In this document: positions 1 through 11,823 of the stretch, piece after piece | How the letters are laid out: every line of letters starts with the position of its first letter | Numbering within the stretch: position 1 is the first letter of the stretch | Assembly (NCBI GenBank): GCA_002269645.1 | Contig: NIVC01002292.1 | Coordinates: 1-64,000, forward strand | Source of the DNA: Macrostomum lignano | Lineage: Eukaryota | Direction: 5' to 3' | DNA: 64,000 nt | The notes under the pieces: generated by a model | Told to the model about the DNA's origin: nothing | Seen by the model: the letters and a program-made list of their open reading frames with translations, nothing else | Databases searched by the model: none | Made by a program: the position numbers and the translations under genes

Positions 1-1375
1 TGGAGATTTGCTATGTTGACAGAATTGTGCTAAAGTTGTATAGTTTTCTCTCTGAGGACAACTTTGTGGATGATTTGCATGTGATGTGCCCTGACTCGAA
101 ATTCCAAGTCAAATACAACTGGTACCACTAAAATTACCTACTTTTTGATCGATGCACTATTTTCATACATCAGAGAATTTGTGCTCACTGAGATTTGTGA
201 AGCCAGTTTTTTTTCTCTGCAAGTTGATGAGGTAAACAAAGGAAAGAAATTTCTTGGCATCATTGCTTGGTATCTTCAAAAAGAATTCATTCAATGTCAA
301 GGTTGTTTGCCTTGACCTATTGCAGCTGCAATCAACTATGGTGGAGCAGTTTACGATGACAATTTCAAAGGCAATTAATTCCACAGACCTGGTGAAGGCA
401 AACTGTCTGTCTGCTATGAGCAATAACTGCAATGCAATGCGTAGATTGAAGAATGGTGTTGAAGTCTGGCTTAAGACAGATGCAGGTTTCTCCAACATTG
501 TTGACCTTGGCAGTTTTCCCTTCATCACATCACTAACATTTTGAAGCATGCTTGCTGCTTGAGCTTGGTATTGAGACTGAAAACCTAGTTAGAGAAGTTT
601 ACTGTTTCTTTGAGTTTTTGGGGGATGTGGATCAAGGCAATTTGAAATGCTCATTTCTGACTTTGAGGGAATCAAAAAGCTTGCTTTTCTTTGCCCTATT
701 GGCACTTTTGAATTGACTGGGTAAGAAGCATCCTTTGCTAATCCGACTTGTCCGAGCAATTTTGATCCTTCCTCATAAAATGTGGAGGTTAAGCATATTT
801 AGCACATTGAATGACACAGTCACAAAGAAATGCTCAGTTTTAAAACCCAAAACAATCAGGGCATTTATTGTAACACGTTCCTGCCTTCAACTCAAGCAAT
901 GGACTGCTGCTACTCTACCAGTCATAACTGGTCTGCTAAACTTATGCAATAGCACCTACGCATAATACTGCCAAAGACTCAATGACAAGGCAGCTGCTAA
1001 GGAGGCATGGCATTCAAAGGAGCTAGCCAAATTGCTCACTCTCAAAGTTCAAGCCGAGAAGCAGGCCAGCAAGGTCATTTCAAGTTTTCAGGAGAAAATT
1101 GTCAAAAAAGAAAAGGAGTTAGAGGCTAAGCTTAAGGAGAAGGAGATCACCCACCAATTGCTATTAAATGTTCAGAGAGCCAAAGAGAAGTGGCAGCATG
1201 AAATTGAGATAGTAAGAAAGGAGCTTCACAAAATTCAGTAGCTCAGATTGAAAGAAGTGGAGCATGTGACCAAAAATGTGATCAAGCGAAAGGCATCTGA
1301 ACTAGCACTGGCCAGCTTAGAAGCTGCAGGCACAGTGCCAGTACAATTGCTGCCTAAAATCCCAAAGCATTAGTA
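1..1375 (+). pseudogene. Degraded, internally deleted hAT-family DNA transposase
   Basis: Across frameshifts it reads CLSAMSNNCNAMRRLKNGVEVWLK...DLGS(F)P-LHHITNILKHAC, matching the hAT DxxxxMxG...CxxH core. It then reads LIRLVRAILILPH-NVEVKHIFSTLNDTVTKK(C)SVLKPKTIRAF, matching the hAT C-terminal dimerisation motif, followed by a coiled-coil tail (1032-1241). Many stops; runs off the left edge. Confidence 0.65.
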
Positions 1376-2495
1376 ATTAGCCTTCAATGATAGTGAATCA
1401 CCGACATGTACATTTAACCTATTTGGCTATATTTATAATGAATCTATTATCACGCAGAACTGTTCTTTAATGATGCCAACTGTCTGCAACATGGCTTAAA
1501 TCCATTGCTCTGTTCAAACCTAGATCTCATATTCTGAAGATGGGCTACAGTCTATAAATTCAACAGGAGCAGAAAGGTACTGATGATGTGTTATCAGCTA
1601 TGACTGAAAGTTACATGTATTGTTAGTTTATAGACGAAAATAGTTTCTTGTATCTTTTTTCTTAAATATTCAGCAAAGGTAGTACTTGTTGCTAAGTAGC
1701 CTTTGCCTAGATCTAGACGCGAATGCAATCTAAAGTTTATATTACTAAATTCTATTTGTTACTTACTTCACTTACTTAAAATGAAATGCAAATAATATAC
1801 TCATATTATGTACTTAATTCTTTTCAATCTTAAAATGTTACATTATTTAGTCTTGTGCTATGTAGGCTATTAAAGTTGAATTTCATGTACTGGCTGGACA
1901 TTAATTCTGTTTTATTGCTAAGTTAGTAGTAGGTCTTGTCTAACTTCCTGCTGTTTTTTGTAATCCTTTAAATTTTATTGTTATTTATAAACTAGAATAA
2001 AATAAGAAAACTAAAATGCTACAGATATTTTGTTTGTAATCCTTGGTTGCTGGAATCATTTCTAAAAACAATATAAGTGGTAGACTAAAATTGACTATCA
2101 GGTAGTTGTAGTTGCATCAAACATCAACACAGTTTGTATTTTTGCTGACATTTTTGTCACAGTGTACCGCATTGAGCTAAGCGCAAAAAATAGAATGGTG
2201 TAAAAATCAGTGACCTACTTGCTAGGACCACTGTTGTCACCCCTAGGAAACAATGTATATTAAATTTCATAGACATGCTTAGCATTGGTATACATCTGCT
2301 TAGTGTCAAAATATATTTTAAATTTAGTTTGGGGCATTCTAATATATATTCAATATGATTTAAACTATGCCTAGGTTATTATCCATTGTTTTTAGGTATA
2401 TATATTATAAGTTTTGATTATGACTAGGGCTTTTAAACCCTTTGGTAGGATTTTTTAATTCTATTTGATATAATCTATTTGCCTAAGTGCTAGGC

Positions 2496-2864
2496 CAGGG
2501 GTCCCCAGCCTTGGACCCCTGCGGCAAGCCACATTGACAACTAACTTGGGATATATAGGCTACATGCTCTTCCCATCTCTCCCTACCCCCAACCCTTTTA
2601 ACCCCCTAACCCCCACCTCCTTTGCCTTGAACCTTATTGATATTAGCTAGTATTCCTTCCTATTTTTCACTTCAACTCTTGACTGCATATACATTTGTGC
2701 ACTAGGAGTGCTAAAATAGCAATCCAAATGAGTTGGAGGCAACATTTTGAGGGCTGCAGTAAAATCTAGTAATAGACTTGGCTAGCCACATGTAATGCAA
2801 ACTACTAGAAATTGCCACGGGCTGCACAAAAAAGGCCCCGCGGGCTGCAGGTTCAGGATCTCTG
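2496..2864. mobile_element. hAT (Charlie-like) MITE
   Basis: Imperfect TIRs CAGGGGTCCCCAGCC / GGTTCAGGATCTCTG; perfect 8-bp TSD TGCTAGGC at 2488-2495 and 2865-2872. Confidence 0.8.
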
Positions 2865-3431
2865 TGCTAGGCCTAAATAAAAACATTTTTAAATTCTGAG
2901 ATAAGAAAGTTCATTGCTAATTGATTTTTACTTTTAGATTCAATGACCAAAGAGAACAGGCATACTTTATTTGATAGTTTAATTGCTCCATTATAAATCT
3001 ACTAAAGGCTCTTTCCTCCTATGCAAGTTAAGTTACACCTAATGTATTTGCTTACATTCAGAAGCAACACTCATTCTTTTTATCAGTTTATCTGCAAGAC
3101 AACATTGCATTTTCTTATGAAGGACTGTTGTCTATAAGCAAGAACTCATACAAGTGCTTGACATTCCATTATCTTAGTTTTCCCTGCTACCATATCTTTA
3201 AGTTTTGGGAAACAATGGCTTAGCTTTATTTGATGTACTAGTTCACATTGTTAGACTTGTGAAAGTATAAGTAGTGACTTTGACTCATATCTTGATTTAG
3301 AGTTGATGGCCACCAGCGACAAGGACTAAAATATATTAATGGCGAATGCATAGCATTCAATCAAATCTGATAGCTTCTTGGGTCAGCTATTAGCTGATGT
3401 TCCTTACCTAAATCTAGAAGCAACTAAACAT

Positions 3432-3640
3432 TAAGCTGAGGCTGATTGCCTGGAGGCAGAGTGTCGAGCTGAGGCTGATTGGCTAGAGGCAGAGTCTTGA
3501 GCTGAAGCTGAGCATGTGAAAGTATTTGCCTTGAGCCTTGAGCTGAAGCTGAGCATCAAGCTGAAGCTGAGCATCAAGCTGAGGCTAAGCACCAAGCTGA
3601 GGCTGATTGCCTAGAAGCTGAACCTCACACTGAGTCATTT
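3432..3640 (+). pseudogene. Decayed charged coiled-coil coding repeat (AEAERR-like)
   Basis: GCTGAGGCTGAT / GCTGAAGCTGAGCATCAA codon repeats with in-frame TAA/TGA. Reverting TG/CA to CG restores Arg codons throughout. Confidence 0.5.
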
Positions 3641-4009
3641 GATCCAATGGCAAAACTGTCTTTTCCAAAGCCAATAAAGCAGAGGAGTTGACCAAGTGGC
3701 TTGGGTTATACAGTCATTAGCATAAAAATATACATTGAAGGACCACGTGCCTTTTCAGAATTTTACAATCAATCAAAGCAAAGTAAAACATGAATGTCAT
3801 ACATATTTTAAGAACTATTGACAACATATAATCTGTTGCCAGTGTTTTTAAAATTACTGTGATGAAATTCTAAAAACATGTTTTTTATTTTAATGTTTGA
3901 TTTTAAGTATGCTTATCTGGCTATTTGGTGCCTACTTGCTTCTAAAATAGTGCAAGGAGCAAATGCACAAGTGAATGACACCCTTTGTAAGCTGCCACCT
4001 TAGTTCATC

Positions 4010-4213
4010 ACATGTAAAAAACCCTAAAGCAAAATTGACGCAACTTTGGGTAAATGGCAGGAGTAACTATTACTGTCTTATTAAGCCAAAATGCCTCATC
4101 AGCTACTTAGTACTACTACTTGGGTAATTTTTTGGGTGGGTATTTTTGCGACTTCCTTGGTTGGCTGCCAAATTGGTCAGTTGGCCAACTCAGCCAACTG
4201 TTGTGCATGTATG
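4010..4213 (-). mobile_element. Old, CpG-decayed copy of the MITE at 50504-50798
   Basis: Reverse complement aligns over about 200 bp to 50504-50710, including the decayed TIR GTTGTGCATGTATG (4200-4213). Confidence 0.8.
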
Positions 4214-5907
4214 GGCATATATATAAATGTAGGGTCTGATAGAGCTTGTTCTATAGTTGTATAGAGATAGAACCGATTTCTGATAGAGCTTGTAAAACAC
4301 CAAAACCCTGTTGGCTGTTACACACATATGCTAGCTTTGGTTCACAATGTCAATAATTTACATGTATCTCTTCCATTTAAATGATCGTAAACCAAACTGG
4401 ATATATAGGATCATCTTTGGATTCTTGGAACTGTGAAATGGATCACTATAAACCCCTTTACCTTCTTTTTTCATTTGAACATACAGCTAGTGTTCCTGTT
4501 ATGATGGATAAATAAAAAGGATTGGAGTGCTTGACTATTGTTTCTTTGCATTTTGATGAAATAAACAACAATTGTGTATCTTCCTTATCTCTCCAATGGG
4601 GATTGTCACTTGGCCTAATTTCAATGATCGTAAACTGAAGGAATGCCAGTTAAAAATATGCAAAAACATATGATATAAATGTGTGAAATGGCAGTTTATC
4701 AAATGTATTTATTAATTAGTGCATTTCAAAATTAGTGGCACTAATTGTGCTAAATTCAATGTAAAAATAGCGCCCACTATAGTATTAGCGGTTGCTAATT
4801 TTTTCTTCTATCAGTTAGCAACAGCGCTAATTAGCAGCACTAAAAATAAATTTAGCGCTGCCCATCACTGCTGATTACTGATATAAGTAATAAATTCTTT
4901 ATAGACAGTTAACAGTCATGACAGCTGTCCAAAGGCTAGCTCGGCCTGGGCCTAGCCGCCTAGGTGGCCCTATAAAATATATATAGATAAAAAATTAAGA
5001 TAACAAACAAATTAATTAACACAACACAGCCAGCCATTTAAGGCTTATTTACACTGACATCAAATGAGCCACCAAATCACACGAACAATGTACAAAGGAA
5101 TCAACTCTGATGCACAAGATTTGTGATCAGCCACACTTAACACCATTAACACTAACAGCTCGATCGAGAACGAGCCAGATTTAATAATTAGACTTTGGTC
5201 CGGTCGGTCGGCTCCGCGCGGAATTTGTTAGCTTTCTATCATTCAATTTTTTTGCACAGCGTTAATCTTTTTAAAAATAGCCTAGTAATTATTTTGAAAT
5301 ACTATATTTATAACTAATGAAATTAATTTATATATTCTCTGAATATCCGCTTTAATTTTTGAACAGTACTTTTGTTTTAACCACAGACCACCCGTATAAG
5401 TCAAGTTTTTAAAACAACCTACAATATTTTCCAGAACTCTTGTATATGGAGCCCCCCACCTTTTAGCATGTGCCCTTTTAGAATTTTAAACAAGTGTTGT
5501 GGTTTTGGACTTTGGCTTTTCTGAGTCTTGGGAGCTAATGCTTCAAGCTGGAGCGACGAGAGGGCACAGTTGCTATTCACACCCTAGAGATCAATGTAGT
5601 ACATGTATAAGAATAAAGAATTTACAAGTGGCCAATGGGTATGGGTATGCACATAGCCTGTGCTCCCTTCCTCAAGCGGCAAGCCTTCCTTCCTTTCTTT
5701 TTCTACCCCACCCCCCATCACCGCACGCTTGCATGGTTTTATAGGCCCCACTGTCACCATCAATGAGGTGTGGAATATAATTTATCAATCTCATTCCACT
5801 ACAGTTTTTATCTAATGTACCTAAGCCCAGCTCTTAGTGTTTGCCCTTTTACTTTATGGCGTCTCTGATCGACATTCTGAGTCTCCCGCAATCCCAAGAT
5901 TTAAACT

Positions 5908-8900
5908 TCTTCTTCTTCCATGCAATTCCCAGCACGTCTGGGCTAGCGCGACGGCGCGAATAAAGATGGGGGCCAACGCCCCATGGCACGGAGAAGTGCG
6001 AAGACTTTGGGCGACGGAGGGTCCAGCGGGTCGGCGTACCGTCCCCCTGTGGACAGAGCCGGAGTAGATGCTCGACAGTGTCAGCCCGAGACGGCACCGG
6101 TGGCGCCGCAGAGCAGGCTGACCCCAGCACGGAGTTGGTTAAGCGCCACAACTTCGGCGCGGTTACCGCAAGGGGGCGGCTTCAGCGCCGGGCCCAGAAC
6201 GCGGGCATCGAGGTCACGGCGGTCGCGACGGATGGCAGTGCGAGCGGGGCGAGGTTAATCGGGGCGTCGTGCTGCGGGAGCGAGGCGGCCTCGGCAGCGG
6301 CGGTGTCGGCGGCCTCGTTCCCCTCCAGGCCCGCGCAATCAGGAACCCAAACGAACTGGATCTTAGAGCTCCTGGCGAGGTCAGCGATGGCATGCCAACA
6401 GGCGGAGCCCAGCGTAGTGCGCTGCTCAATGGGCCCCCGTTCGAGCGTGGTGAGGGTGCTAGCTGAGGCTGTCGGTGAGGATGGCGAGGCTGCTGGGCCG
6501 ATGGGCCGCGTTGCGGCAGTGATCGAGGGCGGCGGAGATGGCAACCAGCTCGGCGGTGAAGCTGCAGCAGTGTGCTCCGGCCGGACGGCGGATGACGGTA
6601 CGGATGCCGTCCTGGTCGATGACAGCCGCGCCCCCGCCGTTGCGAGTCCCTCCAGCCGCCGAGCCGTCAGTCTAGGCGACCGCAGTGCAGGTGAGAGCCC
6701 TGGCGATGGCGTCGGTCGCGGCAGAGGCCCGATCAGTGGTGGGGGCGTTGCGACGCACGGTGCGGGCAGTCAGATCAAAGGCGACGTCCGGGTTGCCGTA
6801 CACGTCCCAAGGGCTGGGCGCTGTTCGCGCTCGCGGCGACGTGTTGGAGGTCAACTGCAATGGAGAGCTCGGAGGCATCTCTTCTCCAGTAGCCCCTGAA
6901 CTGGCACGAGCGGTCGAGGTCCAGCCTGACAAAGTCGGCGTCCTCGGCATAAGCAGCAGCCTCGGCAGGCCGGAAATGGGGCTCGTCGTGGATGCGGTTT
7001 TTTAGCCTGGGTCAGCAGGTTTGTGACAGGGTCTTGAAAGCTGGGCAGTGGGGCGGAGCCTGGCGATCCGCTCTGCGAGGTTAGCCGCGCGCTCGATAGT
7101 GACGGTGCTGATGGGCGGCAGTCCCGCGAGGCGGACGGAGATGTGATTCGGCGTGGTGTTGCAGCAGCCCGTAATGAGGCGAGCGCAAATGGATTGCAGT
7201 TGCTTGATAGAACGCTTGGTAGACGGTGCGGCGCCGTTGAGCCAGATGGCACTGCCGTAGTCGGCGCAGGCGCGGACCGTGGCGATGTAGGCGGTGCGGA
7301 GGACCCTCTGGTCGGCCCCGGAGCCGGTGGGCAATGGCTACCAAGGCGGCGCGACGGACCGCCATGCGGCGTCTGACTTCGGCACCGTACTGCGCGAAAT
7401 TCAGCTGACCGTCCATGGTAACGCCAAGTAGCCGCGGGTTCGGGTTGAAACTGAGGTCCCGGCCTTCAATGTTGAGGTTAAGTCGGGCTTTCCCGTTGGA
7501 GGATGTTGGCACATTCAGACAGTTTTCGATGCGTGGCAATGAGGCTGTTATCGTCGGCGTGAAGGTTGATCGCGCACAGAGGACTGGCGAGGCCAACTGC
7601 CGCCCGGAGGTCATTAATGTAGAGAAGCCACCAGAGGGGGGGGGCAGGACGCTGACTTGGCGAAGGCCGTCTTGGACGACCCGCTCCCTGCTGAGGCTGC
7701 CGACCCATCTGACGGAGGCGCGACGGTCGCGAAGAAAACGGTAGATCCACAGGGTGAACCGCGGGGGGACCCCGCATTGCGGATCTTAAGACAGAGAGCG
7801 CGAATCCAGACCCTGTTATAGGCCCTCTTAAAGTCGAGAAGAGTCATAGCGGATCGGAGGCTCTCCAGGCCGTCGAAGATGCTCTGGCAGACATGAGCAA
7901 GGACCTCCTCGGTGCTGCGCCCGGCTCTGAAGCCCGCCTGTTCGGGCGTGAGAATGCTGTTCTATTCGAGCCAGGCGCTAAGACGTTGCTGGACCAGGCG
8001 TTTCGCGGTTTTAGCAATGCAGCTGTTTAAAGCAATCGGACGTAAGGAGGTGGGTAGCGAATGGTCATTGCCCTTCTTAGGGATAGGGACGATGGTGGCG
8101 CGCCGCCACCCGGCCTGGATCGCGCTGCCTCTCCAGACATCGTTCAAGAGATCTAGGAGACGTTGCTCCGCGGCGGCGGGGAGGTGCTTAAGCATTTCAT
8201 TTGCGACGCCATCGGCGGCTTTCCCGGATTTGAGACGGCGGAGGGCGGTCCTAAGTTCGCCGGTGCAGAAGTCGCGTTTGACCGGGGAGTCCTGGGCCGC
8301 CCTGCGGTAAATTTTGAGGTAGCAGTTGGCTTCCGCGCGGACTCGCCCATCGTTCTCGCCGTGCTCGAGTCTGGATTCCGAAGCATAGATGCCCGCGAAG
8401 AGGTTGGATTTTTCGCGATCGGTGACGGCGATGCGCGTGCGTCCAGAGCCGGTGATTTACGTGATGGCGGCGCTCGATCGGGCCGCGGGGCCGTCGCCAC
8501 GGATGTTGCGCAATATGCGGAAAATGTCGGAGTTGAGGTCGAGGTCATTGCAGGTCTGATCCCAGAACCTGCGCTCAAGGACTACTTAAGTGTTCTTAAG
8601 TAGTCCTTGGCTGCGCTTAGCTTCGTATATTGTCTTGCGAAGCGTACCGCGTGCTTGTCCGAAGAGCTCAAGGTTGCTATCCAAAGGGGTGTTAGCGACG
8701 TTCTTGCGGGCTTCGCGGCAGTTCTTTTAAGCGGTGTCGCACTCTTCATTCCAGAAGGATTTCTGCGCGCCAGGTCTGCACCCCCTCGGGATGGAGGTGT
8801 CAGCGGCGCGCAGGATGTCCGCGCACAGGAGGTTATAGGCGCGGTCGCTACTGCGGCGACAGTGTGGGTGCTGCTCGCAGGTCCTCTGGAGCGATTTATT

Positions 8901-9929
8901 TGAAACTCTCCCAGTCGGCTCTCTTGAAAGACCAGCGAGGGCGCTGGGCTGGGGGTCCTCCGACGCTTCCTGACGGTAAAGCAGATCGGCAGGTGGTCGG
9001 AGCCGAGGTCCTCGTCGACGTGCCAGGAGGAGCGCACGGACACGGTAGGAGGGCCGCGGATCCAGGTCGAGTCCGGGGCGGACTTGCCGCCGGTGCTAGG
9101 GTTAATGCGGGTGGCGACGGCCGGTTTGTTGGCGAGGGACAGTTGCCAGCCCGCGGCCCATTCCTCCAGGGTGGCGCCGCCATCGTCGCTGGGCGCGTCC
9201 GCATCCCAACTGCCATGCGCGTTGAAGTCCCCGCCAATTATACAAACTTGAAACCGGGATTTCGTTGAAGTCCGGGGCCCACGTCTCCCCGGGCCGCTGG
9301 CTGCTGGTGGGTGGGGCATGCACACTGGCCAGCCCGACGTTACCCACGTACCCACGGGCCGTGCACGTGGCGAGGTGGAGCCGCGGGGTTGCTGGAGGCG
9401 ATGTCTTCACGAAGGAGAATGAGCACGCCGCCGCGTGCTGTCGGGGGGCGGCAGCTCGCCGGGTAGGCTTCCTGAGCTGTGGGCCGGGGAGCCGCGGGCG
9501 AGGCGGGACGGTCAGTCTGCGCAGTGCCAGTCGGGACGTTGGTCCTCGCGTCCGTATCAGCACAGCAGGGCGCAGTAGAGGGCGCTCCAGCAGCGACTGC
9601 TGCGCAGCCCGGAGCATCTGAGGTGCAGCCAGCCGGAGCAGCCGTTGCAGAACACCGCCACAAACCGCTTGAAGTTGATGATTTCTCCACAACAGCTGCA
9701 GGTCCAGGTGCTGCAGGTTGAGTGTCATCCTGCTGGCTTTTGCCGGGGTATTGTGTCGGGCCGGCCTTGCTTCGGGCCTTTTGGATAACGCCGCGCTCGA
9801 CCCCGTGCCAAGGCTCATCACGCATAGAACAGGCTGTGCGAGAGGACCGGCATCCTGGACACCAGGCGCCGCGGTCGTCGGGCCAGCGGAGCCGGCAGCG
9901 GGGGCGTTTGACGGTCCGAGTCCGGGCTC
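5908..9929 (-). mobile_element. Non-LTR retrotransposon, I-group (Ingi/I/Nimb-like): PHD-APE-RT-RNaseH-CCHC, frameshifted
   Basis: APE (GGDFNAH...LGSDHLPI, about 8900-9260); RT (LRPIALNSCIAK, LLDFKRAYNRV, YINDL, HADD); RNase H (FVWVPDCAGLEGNEAADTAA); C-terminal DTVEHLLRLCP; (GAA)n 3' tail at about 5908-5919. Candidate TSD AAGATTTAAACT (5896-5907) vs AAGACTTAAACT (9940-9951), 1 mismatch. Confidence 0.9.
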
Positions 9930-10089
9930 AAGACTTAATAAGACTTAAACTGCTGCTGGCGCTGCAACCAAAATCACTAAAATGCCGTCAGCTAAAAGAA
10001 TAAAGAGACAGCGCCAAGAGGAACTGAAGGAGGCAGCCAAGTGATCCAGAAAATTAACTGATTGGTCTTGCCTAGGGAATACGAGTACA

Positions 10090-10600
10090 AAATCCCGAGT
10101 CTTTTTTGATCCCGGGATTCTCCGGATCGGGATATCCCGACGAACTGGGCCGGGATCCTGGGATCCCGGGATTGAAAAAGTTTATAATCTTTGTTGGTGC
10201 AATTTTGGCTTACGAAAGCCATCTAACCTGATTTTAAAGGGCTTTCAATAATAAAATATAAAAGAACAGAATAAAATATTTTGTAAGTAAGAAACTTGCA
10301 AGAAACTTGCAACTTCGAGTGTATTGTACGGGCTTTAGAATAATAATTATATTAGTCTGCAAGTACCATATGCATACAGCTGCACGCACATAATTACACC
10401 TGAAATCTCCATATGCTTAAAAGATTAATAAACCAAAGCAGGACAACTGGGTTTTCACCTGACAGTAGCTCAGCTGCAGATACTACTGCTCGAGATTCGA
10501 GAATGAATGATTGAATTATTGCGAAGCGGGATCGGGATCCCGATGGTCAATGCCGGGATTATTGAATCCTAGACAATTGTGATCCTGGGATTTGGGGGCT
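10090..10600. repeat. Two clusters of GGGATCCCG-like palindromic motifs, probably DNA-transposon subterminal remnants
   Basis: Repeated ATCCCG/CGGGAT motifs at about 10090-10170 and 10525-10595; no clear TIR or TSD found. Confidence 0.35.
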
Positions 10601-11015
10601 TTAGGCCTAATCGAGTCGCGCAATGTTTGAGTCAGTTGAAAATTCGAGCGTTTTCAGACTTTTGACCACTTCCAACACATAATTGAAATTGAACTAATGG
10701 CCTGGTTGTCACAATGTCACAACCTGACATAACATCAGGAGTTTAGGGTGCCCTTATATTACAAAAATGTATGTGCAATGTGCCCAGCTCCCACCAATAG
10801 CCCCCCCCCCCACTTTGAAATATGTTCCGACACCGCTGTACATCACCTACCCCCACGAAATAACACTAGCAATATGCAATAGAACGTATGGAAAAACAAG
10901 AACTGTCGATTATTCTATAAAATATTCTTGGCTCTACTTATTGATTTTTCGCAATTTGGTTTTGACCTGCGCTCTCTTTCGGGACTCCTTGGAACAGAAG
11001 TTGAAAGAAGTTCAT

Positions 11016-11823
11016 TCGCGCGAGCTCATCAACACCAAAGACAACACACAAATCTATCAGCATGGACAGCCGCTACCCATGTCCCACTCACCAATCCATT
11101 CGCGCGAGCTCATCAACACCAAAGACAACACAAATCTATCAGCATGGACGGCCGCTACCCATGTCCCACTCACCAATCCATTCGCGCGAGCTCATCAACA
11201 CCAAAGACAACACAAATCTATCAGCATGGACGGCCGCTACCCATGTCCCACTCACCAATCCATTCGCGCGAGCTCATCAACACCAAAGACAACACACAAA
11301 TCTATCAGCATGGACAGCCGCTACCCATGTCCCACTCACCAATCCATTCGCGCGAGCTCATCAACACCAAAGACAACACAAATCTATCAGCATGGACAGC
11401 CGCTACCCATGTCCCACTCACCAATCCATTCGCGCGAGCTCATCAACACCAAAGACAACACACAAATCTATCAGCATGGACAGCCGCTACCCATGTCCCA
11501 CTCACCAATCCATTCGCGCGAGCTCATCAACACCAAAGACAACACAAATCTATCAGCATGGACAGCCGCTACCCATGTCCCACTCACCAATCCATTCGCG
11601 CGAGCTCATCAACACCAAAGACAACACAAATCTATCAGCATGGACAGCCGCTACCCATGTCCCACTCACCAATCCATTCGCGCGAGCTCATCAACACCAA
11701 AGACAACACAAATCTATCAGCATGGACAGCCGCTACCCATGTCCCACTCACCAATCCATTCGCGCGAGCTCATCAACACCAAAGACAGCACACAAATCTA
11801 TCAGCATGGACAGCCGCTACCCA
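11016..11823 (+). repeat. Tandem minisatellite, 82/84-bp unit, about 9.8 copies
   Basis: Unit TTCGCGCGAGCTCATCAACACCAAAGACAAC(AC)ACAAATCTATCAGCATGGACAGCCGCTACCCATGTCCCACTCACCAATCCA; unit lengths 84,82,82,84,82,84,82,82,82, then a partial unit. Confidence 0.95.

Noticed and set aside
9690-9950. 2A self-cleaving peptide or HDV-like ribozyme at the LINE 5' end, as in Ingi/L1Tc
   Set aside because: No D(V/I)ExNPGP in any frame. GAGCCCGG...CCGGCTC can pair, but the nested HDV pseudoknot elements could not be assigned.
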